NCBI GenBank assembly: GCA_030141605.1
Contig: JAQGDQ010001071.1
Coordinates: forward strand, 1-64,000
Direction of reading: 5' to 3'
DNA length: 64,000 nucleotides
Source of the DNA: Tubiluchus corallicola
Taxonomy: Eukaryota; Animalia; Priapulida
The notes beneath the pieces were generated by a model, which did not search any database, had not been told where the DNA came from, and saw only the letters and a list, made by a program, of their open reading frames with translations. Both the position numbers and the translations under genes were made by a program. Positions within the stretch are counted from its first letter, which is position 1. The number at the start of each line of letters is the position of its first letter. Shown here piece by piece: positions 1-13,100 of the stretch.

Positions 1-157
1 ACCAAAGCTTAGATTAAATAATAATTACCTCTGATACTCAAATTTCGTTAAACTTTCAAAGCTACGCGCGGCTCAGTGAATCTACTAAGATTGGCAGCGG
101 CGCTTTTTTGTCACATTCGCGTGGCTGACAAATAGAAGGCGGTACCGTGATAACCAT

Positions 158-469
158 GATCATGAACTGATGTGTTAATTTCTGACGTCATATGACGTAG
201 AGTCCATTTTGATGACATTACGCATTTAAGCAGTATTGTAATACTTACGCAATCGTGTTTGACGCGCAATTGAAGATGCCTGCCATTGCACAAACTGTGG
301 TTAGTTTCTGACGTAAGCAATAGCTGTGTTCGGTTGCCGTTAGTTTACTTTCTAAGCTAATTATTCAAATGTAAGAAATAATTGCTAACTTTCATAGGCA
401 AGAAAATGTGTATTTTGGACAGTAAATTAAAGTGAGATTGAGTCTAAACAATCGTCCGTCTTCCTTTAA
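158..469 (-). mobile_element. Kolobok-like non-autonomous element fragment
   Basis: Reverse complement of 48638-48950; terminus TTAA|AGGAAGAC. Confidence 0.6.
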
Positions 470-1195
470 AGGGCAAGAGAAGCAAATTTTAAAGCATGTC
501 CACAAAAACCTATATCAGCTAGCATTACGCTTGTCATGCTTGAAAACTTACATAACTAAAAAAGAAAATTTTTAGTACTTTAAAATGTTTGCTCAAACTG
601 GTAAAATGACACTGGCTCACCTTCCCAGTGTGCACCACTGATTCACTAAAAGTGTATTTTTGATCTTATTGAAAACACTTGTACTTTTGCTTAGTTAGTG
701 ATCTAACTCTAACAGTGTGCTACTCTGATCACTTTTTCAAACTTTGCGCAATGTTGTCTGAATTTGTTTCAAACGACTTGCCGTTGAGATGGCTGCGCCA
801 ACTGGTAATCACGTGAGCTTAAATTTACAAGTTTTATACGGCGTTGCTGCTGACGTGAGCTCTGTGCACAATAAGACAGTTTAAATAATTAATGACATTA
901 AGTCTAGGTACATAAGTCTTTCCAACAGGTAAGCGAAATACTAAGTCATTTAACTTTGCATGGAAATTTTTTGGGACATATTTTAACATTGGCTTTTCAT
1001 CCCCTGATTTATGTTGTGCGTATATGACGTCATGTAATGGCGCGGTCGGAACAGTACTGTGAGAGATTTAAAATGAAAACAAACAGAAATTCCTTTCAAC
1101 GCGAATACGATACACGCATAAAAATGCTGTAAAGTAATATAATTTCTTAAGGCGATTTTTCTAAACCTACTTCAGGTACCTCTTTTCTTATCCTT
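470..1195 (+). mobile_element. TTAA-flanked MITE (Kolobok-like) with dispersed copies
   Basis: Ends AGGGCAAGAGAAG ... CTTTTCTT(A/G)TCC(C)T. Segments recur at ~22190-22380, ~26515-26790 (reverse), ~26930-27070 and ~36500-36990. Confidence 0.6.
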
Positions 1196-1219
1196 AGTAC
1201 TTGCTGTACCCACAATTAA

Positions 1220-1564
1220 CCCTTTCAGTCCCAAATTGTTTTTTAATAAGAAATTTTTTTTAAAAAGCAAAAAAGTGTGCTTCATTTTGCGACTGCTGAT
1301 AATTTTTTAAAGTATTTAAGACATTTAGTATGCATGCAATGCTGTTCTATACAAAGTCGTCTCTAAAGTACTGTACCTTGCGCAGTTTTTTTATGCTACG
1401 TAGATTTTCTAGTTTGCCATTTTATCAGTATTTTTAGTCTATTGTTATTGGCTTAAATCAAAATAACTATTAACAGATCAAATAACTGTCAGTTTTAAAA
1501 TTTTATTAATTTTAAAGGCAGAAAAAGTTCTCGTATCCCGCGGGACACAATGGGTATGAAAGGG
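1220..1564. mobile_element. piggyBac-like MITE
   Basis: TTAA on both sides; TIR CCCTTTCAGTCCCA / TGGGTATGAAAGGG (12/14 match). Confidence 0.8.
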
Positions 1565-1940
1565 TTAACACCATTGGCGTACGAATTTGGTTATGTTTTT
1601 AGTTTTTAGTGTAATACACAGTGACTGTCCTGTTTATATTCCCTCTCACTAGTGTCAGTTACAAATTAACACGCACAAACTTAGATTTTTTCGAGTTCTT
1701 GTTTGTGATAAAGGCGCTTTCACACGCCTCGAGGCTACTACCACTGTGCGTCTTTTTGGATCGTTGAACTCTCAGAGAGCTGCGATTTTAAGTGGAGTTT
1801 CTGTTCAAACTTGAAGCCGTGGCTTGTCACGAAATCTGAAAACATGTCAGCGCCTTGCTTGCTAAGATGTTACAGATGCTCGTCAAAGAAACAACACGCG
1901 GCTTCATTAGAGAATCCATTCCCTCTTATATGAACATTAT

Positions 1941-2438
1941 AAAGGAAAGATGTGCTTAGAGGAAGACAGGGCGATTTTTCATAAACTATCCCATTTTCAA
2001 GTACGATAAAAATATACATTTTAACACCAGTAATACAAGAAAGGTGTTTGTGATAATTGAATACTAAATTAAAAATTTAACTAACGAAAGGCGAACCCAA
2101 CTAATTACGACATCACAAACGAACTAAAGCTTGTACTAGAACTAAGCACGTTTTAAGATAAAATTCAAATTTAAAATTTACCGCTGTGCTCACGCATGAG
2201 CTGTCGAACGTGTGTACTACTTCGCAAAGTAACACCTCTAAACTAAGAGGTACAGCACCTGTTTTTGTGCATTGCGTTTCCGAAATGCAGGTGCTAGTGC
2301 CCCTCTAATTAGCGAATGGCAAAACGCATGTAAACAGCAAAGAACTAGTGGCGCGAACTGGTGGTAATAATTCTTTCACGTAAGTCATTTTTGAAGAAAA
2401 AATGGTATGTTTAATTTCAATATTTTAAAAAGTAGATT
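1941..2438 (+). mobile_element. Kolobok-like MITE family A copy
   Basis: Similar to 15033-15645, 9075-9537 (reverse), 47612-48168 (reverse) and 59905-60400. Family termini TTAA|AGG ... GCT|TTAA. Confidence 0.7.
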
Positions 2439-2439
2439 G

Positions 2440-2768
2440 TGCCCTTTGCCTGTTGTTTATGCCTTTTGCCTGATGTTTATGCCTTTTGCCTGTTGTTTAT
2501 GCCTTTTGCCTGTTGTTTATGCCTTTTGCCCGTTGTTTATGCCTTTTGCCCGTTGTTTATGCCTTTTGCCTGTTGTTTATGCCTTTTGCCTGTTGTTTAT
2601 GCCTTTTGTCTGTTGCTTATGACTTTTGCCTGTTGTTTATGCGTTTTACCTGTTGTTTATGACTTTCGTCTGTTGTTTATGACTTTTACCTGTTGTTTAT
2701 GCCTTTTACGTGTTGTTTATGCCTTTTGCCTGTTGTTTATGCCTTTTGCCCATTGTTTATGCCTTTTA
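2440..2768. repeat. 20-bp minisatellite (GCCTTTTGCCTGTTGTTTAT) ~16x
   Basis: Direct reading; source of ORFs 2407 and 2439. Confidence 0.95.
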
Positions 2769-3529
2769 GCGTTAGCCTCACCAAACCTGGCGAGGACATT
2801 CAACTTGGGGGTTGTACGATTATTTGTAAAGAAATGACGGAAATTTGAAGATAAGAGGTCAAAGTTCAAGGTTGGCCGCTCTAAAGCGTCGCCTTTGTGG
2901 TCAAGAAGCTTTTAGCGTTAGCCTCACCAAACCTGGCGAGGATATTCAACTTGGGGGTTGTACGATTATTTGTAAAGAAATGGCGGAAATTTGAAGATAA
3001 ACTTGATACCTTAAAGGAGGAGAAGCGATGAATCTCCGAGGTTCCTAAATTACCCTCTCTTTAGTAACCAAAACCGAAAAAGCTTGAATAAAAAGAGATA
3101 CGTATTTATATGTAGACCACTGTACTTACTTGCGTTTAATAACAGCCAAAAAAGAGAAACGATTAATAGTAATTCTAACATATTTTACAATAGTTACATA
3201 CCCAGTATACATTAACAACAACAGTACATTCAACAAATAATATTAATCTGCTTAATCATCTGTGTCAATTAATCTGTATTTTATTTATTATTTATTATTA
3301 TTATCACATTCAGTACAATATAATGACATTAAGCACACAGTGACATCAAAATTATTACATCATACTGTATTAAATTGTTATGTTTCATACACTATCGTTA
3401 TCATAAAAGAATAATTCTACTGCAGTGGGCTAGAGAAGCAAAGGCTTGTATAAGCCCACTGACATGTTAACCCGATAAAAAAGAATAAGTATATAAAAGC
3501 CGTATAACCGAGGGTAATGTTCTGGGTTC

Positions 3530-4190
3530 TCTAAGACACAGTATCTACCAATGAGTTAATTTGACAGAAAGCTTTTATAACATACGATATTCATTATATT
3601 ATTTAAACTTCCCAATCATTGAAGCACATAAAGAATATTTTACTCTGCTTTTTATTTTTAAATACATTAACAACATCAGCAAACCGTTTCCAGAATATCA
3701 GATTTACCTTTTTTCCAAATCCTATCGTCAATTCCAGAACAAGCAATCTAAAACAAATTAGGACAAATACCCACTATGGAACGAACTCTGTAATCAAACA
3801 AGCAATTCTGCTTTGGAATTCTCTACAATTACAGGTTAAACAAATCAAGTCCCCATCAGCATTTTAAAACAAAATTAAAATCACTAATATTAACCAGATA
3901 TGAAATACCATCACACCAGTACGACAACATACACACTAATTCAGAATTCATATATCCACGGCCATATTAATTAAATCATAATTTTTTCATTTTTTTGTGC
4001 ATAGATAGTTGTAAATATGTTTGATTTTATTCGTCGTTACTTTCCATTACTGCACAGTAGTTCAGATTGCACTGACGCATTTGCCTTTAGCAGTGTAAGT
4101 TTTTATTAACTAACACTGATTGATCAGCTCTGTAAAGTTTTTATGAATGATTAGCAATGTATTTTAAGGGCAAATAAAGATTATATATAT
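3530..4190 (+). mobile_element. CR1/L2-type LINE 3' remnant
   Basis: RTNTHYGTNSVIKQAILLWNSLQLQVKQIKSPSAF matches the C-terminal motif of CR1/L2 ORF2; 3' stem-loop-like segment and AATAAA at ~4172. Confidence 0.7.
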
Positions 4191-4807
4191 AAAGACAGGT
4201 TAGGTACAAGATTAAAATCGCGCATGCGCCGTTATATATGCCTTTAGAAGATCAAAACTACCTACGAATGTGGCTTCGACAAGTGTCGGAAATACTTGCA
4301 ATTCCGCGACACTACATTTTCTTTCTTGTATGAATATTGAGATGAAAGGTCAAATGTTTAATTCATATCCTCTGGCCATGGCGGGTTTGTGATTTCGTCT
4401 ACACGAGCGTTTGTTTGTAGAACTTCAGTCAGAATCAGTAATAATAACAGTAATAATAGTTAATAGCTCTTGGGTTTAGAACTGCTTTTCATTACAAAGG
4501 ATGCTGTCGGCTGCAAGATTCGTTTTCGGATATGTTATTATTGTTATTATCATCGTCTACATGTACACACACGTAGAATTACACATGGGAGGCGTGAACA
4601 AGCTATAATGTAGTGTTTGCGAGAACTACAAGAGAAGGCTCAGCAATAATTAACGAACGCGCTGATGGTTATGAAATGTCATGCACGTCATTATGGAAAG
4701 GATTGTATGGCATTTAAGATTAGTCCTGCCGCGCGTAATGGACAGTAGGTTTGATGTGTTATGATCGCCGGCTCGCTTGACGCGTCTGTGTAGGGCGCGG
4801 AGTACGC

Positions 4808-5215
4808 AGAATTTGTTTTTTCAAAGGTGTACTATCCACTTACAGCCCAAATGTGACATTGCTTAACTTACAATGACCGCTAAGGTGAGACTTAAAACTA
4901 GTGAAGGTGTTTTAGCCACGTTCATAGGTAGATGTTTTTGTCTTGAAGAATTAAAGGTAGTTCGAAGACCAAGCCACCCAGAATTTGTTTTTTCAAAGGT
5001 CTACTATCCACTTACAGCCCAGATGTGACATTGCTTAACTTACAATGACCTCTAAGATGAGACTTAAAACTAGTGAAGGTGTTTTAGCCACGTTCATAGG
5101 TAGATGTTTTTGTCTTGAAGAATTAAAGGTAGTTCGAAGACTAAGCCACCCAGAATTTGTGTTTCTCCAAAGGTCTACTATCCACTTACACCCCAGGCGT
5201 GACATTGCTTAACTT
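4808..5215. repeat. ~171-bp tandem repeat, ~2.4 copies
   Basis: CAGAATTTG..CAAAGGT.TACTATCCACTTAC recurs at ~4808, ~4979 and ~5151. Confidence 0.9.
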
Positions 5216-5587
5216 TGTAGGCGAACACACTACATTAAAACTCAACTATTCTCTTCTTTCTGGATGCTCAAAGGACGTGGCTTTGTAATAAGGAGCTTGT
5301 AGCTGAACGACAAGTGTTTCCTCCTCCAACAGAATCGTCACGTATACCTGTAATGAAGCCATCGAAGGAAGGCAGTGCTTCCTGCATAACGATAAGCTTT
5401 CACTAGGCGTCTTGAAGCTACTTTCTACGTACACGTAATAATGTTAAGCTCTACAGAGCAGGCGGCACCATCTGTCGTCAAAAAAGAAACTTCTTCAGCT
5501 TACAACTGATGACGGATAGCAGTAGTGGTCGCCTACAAAGTCAAGCAATGTCACGCCTGAGGTGTAAGTGGATAGTAGACCCTTGGA
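5166..5587. mobile_element. MITE with ~59-bp terminal inverted repeats, superfamily unclear
   Basis: 5166-5224 is a near-perfect reverse complement of 5529-5587. Confidence 0.7.
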
Positions 5588-6169
5588 ATCTGACTCATAG
5601 TAGCCGTCAAAAACTTTGCTGGATTGATAAGAGCTAGTTTGTTCTAGGTGGGCTCAGATCTCTTCTGGACATCCGTAAGTTAGTTGCACATAATTGGACT
5701 GCTGGCTCGCGTAGCAACTCTATAAAGAGGTCTATTTCGCCGTTATGCCGGTCTCGCTCATGTAATGAATTTGTAGACATTTTTTTATATTGTGACTTCA
5801 CAATAGAGTTACTTTCTATTCTAAGCTGGGAGCGCAGAGACATAGTATGGCAACTATATCTATGCTTATAGACAATTATTTGAACATTTTACCTGCGAGC
5901 AAAACATACGTGCATTCGCCATCTGGACTAGCCTGTCTGCTGTGCAATTTTTGACTTTTTGTGGTGTAATTAAATACTAGAATAATGAAAAGAAATAGGA
6001 GGAGGATTGTGAACAGGTTAGAGTGAGGACGTATTTGTTCTGCGAAAGTAGAATCCTGCGCAAACGAGGTAGTATTTCACCTTCGAACACGTGTGGTTAT
6101 GAAAAAACTTGGTTTTCAGAAATAGTAGGAGGGTCACGTGGTGCTAACCTGCACCTTTGTGGTGACATG

Positions 6170-6512
6170 GGTAAAATGATTTGATGCTTTGAGATGCGGA
6201 TGATAGGCGTGGACCCGCTCCCGATAGGTAAAAGGATCAGACGCATTGAGATGCGGATGATAGGCGTGAATCCGCTCCCGATAGGTAACAGGATTGACAT
6301 ATTGAGATGCGGATGATAGGCGTGGATCCGCTCCCGGTAGGTAACAGGATTGACGCATTGAGATGCGGATGATAGGCGTGGATCCGCTCCCGATAGGTAA
6401 AAGGATCTGACGCATTGAGATACGGATGATAGGCGTGGATCCGCTCCCGATAGGTATAAGAATTTGATGCATTGGGATGCGGAAGATCCGCGTGGATCCG
6501 CCCCCGATCATT
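6170..6512. repeat. ~57-bp minisatellite ~6x
   Basis: GAGATGCGGATGATAGGCGTGGATCCGCTCCCGATAGGTAA repeated. Confidence 0.9.
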
Positions 6513-7501
6513 TCACAGAAGCCAAGAATAGCGACGCCCTTGTGTTCATATTTTGCTTAATGTGAAGCCACGTCGATAGCAGCTGTTTTCTCTGTATCAG
6601 CGACTGCTTTACATAATAGATTTCTCTGTTTTACCCGTTGCTTGTGAAATGTGACAAAGCAGAAAACATGGCAGCGCCACGTCGGGGTGACATGACCACC
6701 AACGCGCGCCTTCTCGGTCTGCCCTCCTTGTAGATCAAGAGGCAGACGCTTTACTCGGTTTAATATACACTCAAGGATTAGCAACGATAATTGATTGTTA
6801 ATTATATTGCCATGTTTGTGTTCAGTGGGAAAACATTAATGTCAAAATTGAAGTAATGTCACATTTGTAATGTTGACCCTTGACCTCTCACATTTGTAAT
6901 GTTGACACTTGACTTCTCGCCTTTACTGTCATGGTAACAAGCTGGTCAATAACAATGCAAAGGCTGCTGATTCTACGCTAGGGTTGTAGACCTTGACCTT
7001 GACCCTGGCCTAATTATGACTTTGACATTTGATCTTTTGTGGTCTTATCTTATTATTATTATTATAATTCTTTATTTTTCAAAACTATGTACAGAATACA
7101 TTCCCTCTATTTGTAGGGATATGTTTAAAATCTCTAAAAGCATTTACAACGTATTAAACTTATTCACATATACATATAATTTAGAATCCAACGCATGAGA
7201 CACATTGAACGACAACGATCATATACAATAGACATAGTTACAAATTATAACCCAACACTACATACATACATAATAAAAGATAACGAACATATTTTAATAC
7301 TTAGTAACAAAAATTTACACACATTATACACAATGAAAAACAGCGAGTACAATTATAATAAGCATAATTACCAATTCTAATGTAAATTCACATAATCATA
7401 AATAAAAACAAAACAGCTTAATGTTCTTCTCAGAGTAAGAAGGCGTTAAGGCTACTAACGTGACTCGTGCCACGACAGACGACAGGTCAACTGTTTCCCA
7501 G

Positions 7502-7621
7502 ACTCGGATGGACGTACAGACAAACGAACAGTCTGACATAGAACCGAACCCGAACCTCGACTGTAGTAACAGATCTGACCTCTCTCGCATTTCACTCTCA
7601 TTCGTGCATTCTTTCGGAACG
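7502..7621 (+). CDS. candidate SLC24 cytoplasmic-loop exon (TRMDVQTNEQSDIEPNPNLDCSNRSDLSRISLSFVHSFGT)
   Basis: Acceptor ctgtttcccag, 120 nt open, phase 0 matching exon 9701. The donor GTCGGA is weak. Local GC is elevated. Confidence 0.45.
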
Positions 7622-8329
7622 GTCGGAATTCGAAACGTTTTTACGCTGCGCTAAACAGAATGAATGACCACCGGCGCGACCTGGCACGAAGCCAAGTTTG
7701 TTCTGCTTGGCTTCTGCCATTGCGGAACTGTGCCACTCGTCTGTTTCTTACAAGCAGAGGACGGGCTTCCAGTTACTGTGAAACATTAAATAAACACTCC
7801 TCAATCCTCATTTGTGAGGACATGCGAACAATATGAAAAGATGACTGTATTGTATCCATGAGCAAAAACTGAAAAGAGAGCTGTCACCTCAGAGATAGCC
7901 ATGTCCACATTGGGTTCGAGAATTCATCAAATGCTGCATGTTCATTATAATGAAGCAAGTTTATTGCATTCAGGAGATTGTGCAGTGACTATAAATGGGC
8001 AAACGTGACGTCAGCAAGACGTGAGCCAACCCTAATAAGGGTGCGTGGGTAAGGCACTAAGCGGGGGACATAATGGAGCATGTTAGTAATCCATTAAACA
8101 GTTACGTAAAACCAAATCTAGTGATTTCAGCCCTGTAATTCTTCATATTATTCGAATGAAATGACTAAACAAGCAGCAAGAGAGGTAGGATTTTCTGCTT
8201 CTGACTTTTAGAGCCCGCACTCCTTTTGCCCAAGTTTTTTTTAGTTTCTCTCGTAATTAATTAATTATTAATCTTTAGAAAATGAACCTGTATTTATTTA
8301 GCGGCAATTACAAATGTTAGCTAGACGAG

Positions 8330-8605
8330 ACCAGACGGTTTAGTCTAGTGGTAATGCGTCTGCTTTCCGTCTGGGAGGCCGTGAGTTCGAACCAGCGGCC
8401 GGGTCATACCAAGGACTTTAGAAATGGTACCTGCTTTGCCCTGCCTGACGCGTGGTATTTAGGGTAAAAGTGGGGTAATAATAGTCTCTGTTATGTAGTT
8501 GTAGGTTGTTATTTACAGTCGGCGATAATAGTTCTTTGAGCTGTTGTTAATTGTTGACCCAAAAGCCGACTTTAAATAAAGATTATGATCATCATCATCA
8601 TCATC
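8330..8605 (+). mobile_element. tRNA-derived SINE (core resembles Meta-domain SINEs)
   Basis: A box TAGTCTAGTGG, B box GAGTTCGAACC, core CGGGTCATACCAAGGACTTTAGAAATGGTACCTGC, then AATAAA and an (ATC)n tail. Confidence 0.8.
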
Positions 8606-8810
8606 GTCTCCGTCTCTGTCGCCTCCGACTCCGTCGCCTCCGCCTCCATCGCCTCCGCCTCCATCTCCATCGCCTCCATCTCCACCTTCATCGCCTCCAT
8701 CTCCATCACCATCGCCTCCATCTCCATCACCTCCATCTCCATCTCCATCATCTCCATCTCCATCATCTCCATCTCCATCATCTCCATCACCATCATCTCC
8801 ATCATCACGA
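8585..8810. repeat. (CAT/CTC/CGC)n compound microsatellite grown from the SINE tail
   Basis: Direct reading; explains the His-, Met/Glu- and Ile/Ser-rich ORFs. Confidence 0.9.
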
Positions 8811-8947
8811 ATTGAAAAGAAAGACCTAATGGGACTCTAGCTACAATTTTTGATCTATGATAAGCAAGAATTGTTCTATATAATGGTTTATGAACAGAAA
8901 CAGTAGTAGCTAATTCCTTTAAGAAGGAAAATGCAGCAAAAAATTAA

Positions 8948-9020
8948 GAGCCAACCAGGATTTGAACCTAGAACCTTGTGATACATGTCACGTGCTTTAC
9001 CACTTGAGTTAGTATTGGAC
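8948..9020 (-). pseudogene. degenerate tRNA-like sequence / SINE head
   Basis: Reverse strand reads TAACTCAAGTGGTAAAGC ... GGTTCAAATCC, 73 nt, with imperfect stems and a non-standard anticodon loop. Confidence 0.6.
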
Positions 9021-9074
9021 CAAAATGGTGCAGTATGTGATTCTAAGTCTGATTTTTTAGAGCAAAACTAGAAT

Positions 9075-9537
9075 CAATCTTAAACTGTAGGTCAAAACAA
9101 TCTATTCTTTAAAATATTGGAAGGAAACATACTATTTTTTCGAAAAATGACTTACGTGAAATAATTATTACCACACAAACGCAATTTTACATTCGCGCCA
9201 CTAGTTCTTCCCTGTTCACCATTTGCTAGTTCGACGGGCACTAGCGTCTGCAAATAAAAAATGCATTGCACAAAAAACAGGTGATGTACCTCTCAGTTCA
9301 GATGTGCTAGTTTGTGACGAACTACACATATTCGATAGCTCATGCGTGAGCACAGCGGTAAATTTGAAATTTGAACTTTTATTTATGAAAACTTTTGGAG
9401 TTTTAGTACAACACAGTGAATATCTTGCAGTTGCACTGTACTTCAACGCTTTGCAGTTTTAATTATGTTAAAACGTGAAGCTTTTATCGGACGTGAAAAT
9501 GTGGTAGTGTGTGAATAATCATCCTCTTTTCCTTTAA
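9075..9537 (-). mobile_element. Kolobok-like MITE family A copy
   Basis: Reverse-complement similarity to 15033-15645; ends CCT|TTAA. Confidence 0.7.
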
Positions 9538-9700
9538 TCTTGTGTATTTGGTTCACAATTTCTGTTTGTCCTTCTCTTTTTCCTTCTTTAATTACTTAGA
9601 CTAGAAATTGAAGTAGGAATTTCATTCAAGTTGTCTTGATTTTATTGACTGCTATTCAATATTAATGCCACGTGTAACTGATCAACCGATTGATTTTCAG

Positions 9701-9862
9701 AGCATTGATGTAACTGGACGGATTCGGACGACGTCCATGTCATCAACCGGATCTGCCGGACGTAGAAGGATGTCCGCATTGTCGTCGTCATCAATGTCCA
9801 GTATAGATGGCACAAAAAGCATATTCCATCATCACAAGCACGGGCAGCTGTCTAGTAATTTT
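9701..9862 (+). CDS. SLC24: SLC24 loop exon ([15 protein letters not shown]...[12 protein letters not shown])
   Basis: tgattttcag acceptor, GTAAGT donor, 162 nt, phase 0-0. Confidence 0.75.
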
Positions 9863-10095
9863 GTAAGTCTATTTATGATTTTTTGACGTCGACGCAGAAA
9901 TGACAAATGCCTCCTTTTCCCCAATTCAATTTCAATTCAATTTTATTTTCTCAATAGCCGTTAAAATTCGACATAATTATTTTTACATTTTATTGCAACT
10001 GAGAAGGAGCAGCAAAAGACCTATTGGTCACTTGGTCAGCTGCCCCTTATTAAAAATACAAGTTTACTTACAGGCTCATGACATTTTTAGGTGTT

Positions 10096-10135
<40 letters not shown>

Positions 10136-13100
10136 CAGATACATATATAAACATTATAGTAATAAAAATAGATTTGGTATTAAATTAAGTACTGAGTAGC
10201 AGAAATGTATATTTAATCTAGTCAAATATTTAAAGGGCGAAAAAATAGTAAGTGTGAAATTATTGAGAATTGAATGCGAGGTTACATTGTGAATGCGAGG
10301 TTACACTGTGAATGCGAGGTTACATTGTGAATGCGAAGTTACATTGTGAATACGAGGTTACACTGTGAATGCGAGGTTACATTGTGAATGCGAGGTTACA
10401 TTGTGAATACGAGGTTACATTGTGAATGCGAGGTTACATTGTGAATGCGAGGTTACATTGTGAACGCGAGGTTACATTGTGAACGCGAGGTTACATTGTG
10501 AATGCGAGGTTACATTGTGAATGCGAGGTTACATTGTGAATGCGAGGTTACATTGTGAATGCGAGGTTACATTGTGAATGCGAGGTTACATTGTGAATGC
10601 GAGGTTACATTGTGAATGCGAGGTTACATTGTGAATGCGAGGTTACATTGTGAACGCGAGGTTACATTGTGAATGCGAGGTTACATTGTGAATGCGAGGT
10701 TACATTGTGAATGCGAGGTTACATTGTGAATGCGAGGTTACATTGTGAATGCGAGGTTACATTGTGAATGCCAGGTTGCATTGTGAATGCGAGGTTACAT
10801 TGTGAATGGGAGGTTACATTGCGAATGCGAGGTTACATTGCGAATGCGAGGTTACATTGCGAATGCGAGGTTACATTGCGAATGGGAGGTTGCATTGTGA
10901 ATGCGAGGTTACATTGTGAATGCGAGGTTACATTGTGAATGCGAGGTTACATTGTGAATGCGACGTTACATTGTGAATGCGACGTTACATTGTGAATGCG
11001 AGGTTACATTGTGAATACGGAGGTTACATTGTGTATAATAATAATAGTTATACTATATGCATAAATTTATGGTAAAACAGATACAGTAATGTAAAGATGC
11101 AATACGAAAAATCAATAAATATATCTCATATCAAGTGAAAGCAAGGAACAAACTAAGCTGTATCTTAGGCTGTATCATCAAATCCATTGGCATTACAATT
11201 TTTCTGCAATTATGACAAAGATTTGTTCAAATCAGACATTCCATGTTAATCAATGTTAAAGTGTGACACGTGTGTCAGCTGCTTTTGTACCTGAGATGCT
11301 TTTGGGACATTCCCGTGTGTCTATGATGCTAATGTCCTTTTGAAGTCGGTGTCGTCATTTGCCTCTCGAATGAACTCATGAAAAATCGCTAATCGATCAA
11401 ACTCATTTGCGAAATTGCTTCCCGTTGCGGTTAGATAAATGAGACAAATGGATTGTGAAAAATTGAGACAGTTCTGATTGTTTTCCTTACAGTAAACCTA
11501 GCCAGTCTAAGTACATATTGTGGATTGATGTTTCTAATTTTACCGTATTTATTCGAGTATAACGCGCAAAATTTTGTACATAAAAAAGAACACAAAGTTT
11601 GGATGCGCGTTATAGACCAGGGCTGGGGTGACGCGCTTAGGTGTATCAATATCAGAAGACTTTGTCAGACGGTGCAACGTCTAGATGTTACCTGGCCCAC
11701 GGAAATCGAGCAGCTAGCCGAGAATTCACTGTACCAGAGACGAGTGTTACAGACTGGTGTTGTTCAACAACGCACGTGTTCAACCACGTTTGTCACTTAC
11801 AATGTTTGGTCTGAGCCGAGAAAAAGTGAAACAAAATTTTATACTGATTTTTAATCGAAAATTAAGGGTGCGCGTTATACTCGAATAAATGCGGTACTTA
11901 ATTATGTCACAGGTATGCACTTTGCCTAACATATCTGAAGTTAAGCATCGCTAAAGCTCGTTAGTGAATGAGCGGGTGATGGCCGACACTCGGGCTGCTT
12001 CGATCACCGTTCATTCGGAATTATACGCAGCCTTAGAGCATTAAGCCTTTCCCCATTTCGTTACATTTTTGTCATCACACGTTATTGAAGCCATTTCGTT
12101 ACATTTTTGTCATCACACGTTATTGAAGCCAATGATGCACGGCCCCCAAAATAAACAAACCGGCCGATCGTGGTAAAATGATCGCCCAAATTAGGCTACA
12201 TTAATTTGAAATCAAAGATGATATACGGAATTTATCGTAGTCACCCGTGAAGATAACAGCCGCCCTAAAATAGAAATGAGTTCCATTTTGTACGGCAGAC
12301 ACGATATGCATAATTATAAACACTAGATCACTTGGAAAGCCATCAGTTTAATCAGAGTATGGAGTGGTGAATGAATACGCCAGCCCTACACGAGCAAGAA
12401 TGAATACGCCAGCCCTAGACGAGCAAGAATGAATACGCCAGCCCTAGACGAGCAAGAATGAATACGCCAGCCCTAGACGAGCAATAATGAATATGTGACC
12501 GTAAGAAGAGCAAGAATGAATATGTGACCCTAAGAGAGCAAGTTGCTCATCGCCCTTTAAGAGCGGGGTCAAAATCATATTTCGGACGTTATAGGGTTAA
12601 ACAGAGCACGCCATTTCAACATTTTAACACGATTCGCAAGACTAGCCCGAAATGAAACCGATGGATAACAGCGCGGCGCAACTTTGTAATTTAACCATCT
12701 GCCGCGCGCGCGAATAAGTTGAAGTCTGTGGTCGTACAAGCCTAGAGCCGCAGTGCTAAAAATAAACAGGTTTTTATATGCATCGGCTTGCCATATCAAC
12801 TGCAGTATTGAGCATCTGGATTGGAAACGACTCAAGTTGCTGAGATGTTTTCATCCGACGTCTAAATGAACAAGGTAAATATAGCAAGATCAAGCATCAA
12901 GATAAAGTAAAACAAGACCAATCTTTGTATAGGTTTGGCAAGGCAATGTCCTCTTTAACTACTTGCCTTCTCTTCCCACCACAAATTGACAGCTCTCACA
13001 TTTGCTCTAAACTGACTACTAATAACTTTTTAGTAGGGGTGAGTATTCTCTACCAGAAAGCGAATCCGAATCGAATCGAATTTGTGACTCTCGAATTTGA

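Noticed and set aside
6734-6757. Possible SLC24 micro-exon after ctccttgtag
   Set aside because: Weak donor (GTTTAA) and no homology support.
8551-8829. His-rich ORF
   Set aside because: Microsatellite from a SINE tail; open in several frames.
8948-9020. Functional tRNA gene
   Set aside because: Acceptor and D stems are mismatched and the anticodon loop is non-canonical; treated as a pseudogene or SINE head.
10270-11032. Regular short repeats as a CRISPR array (also 41540-42070 and 53190-53958)
   Set aside because: Units are contiguous with no unique spacers, there are no cas genes, and the context is eukaryotic.
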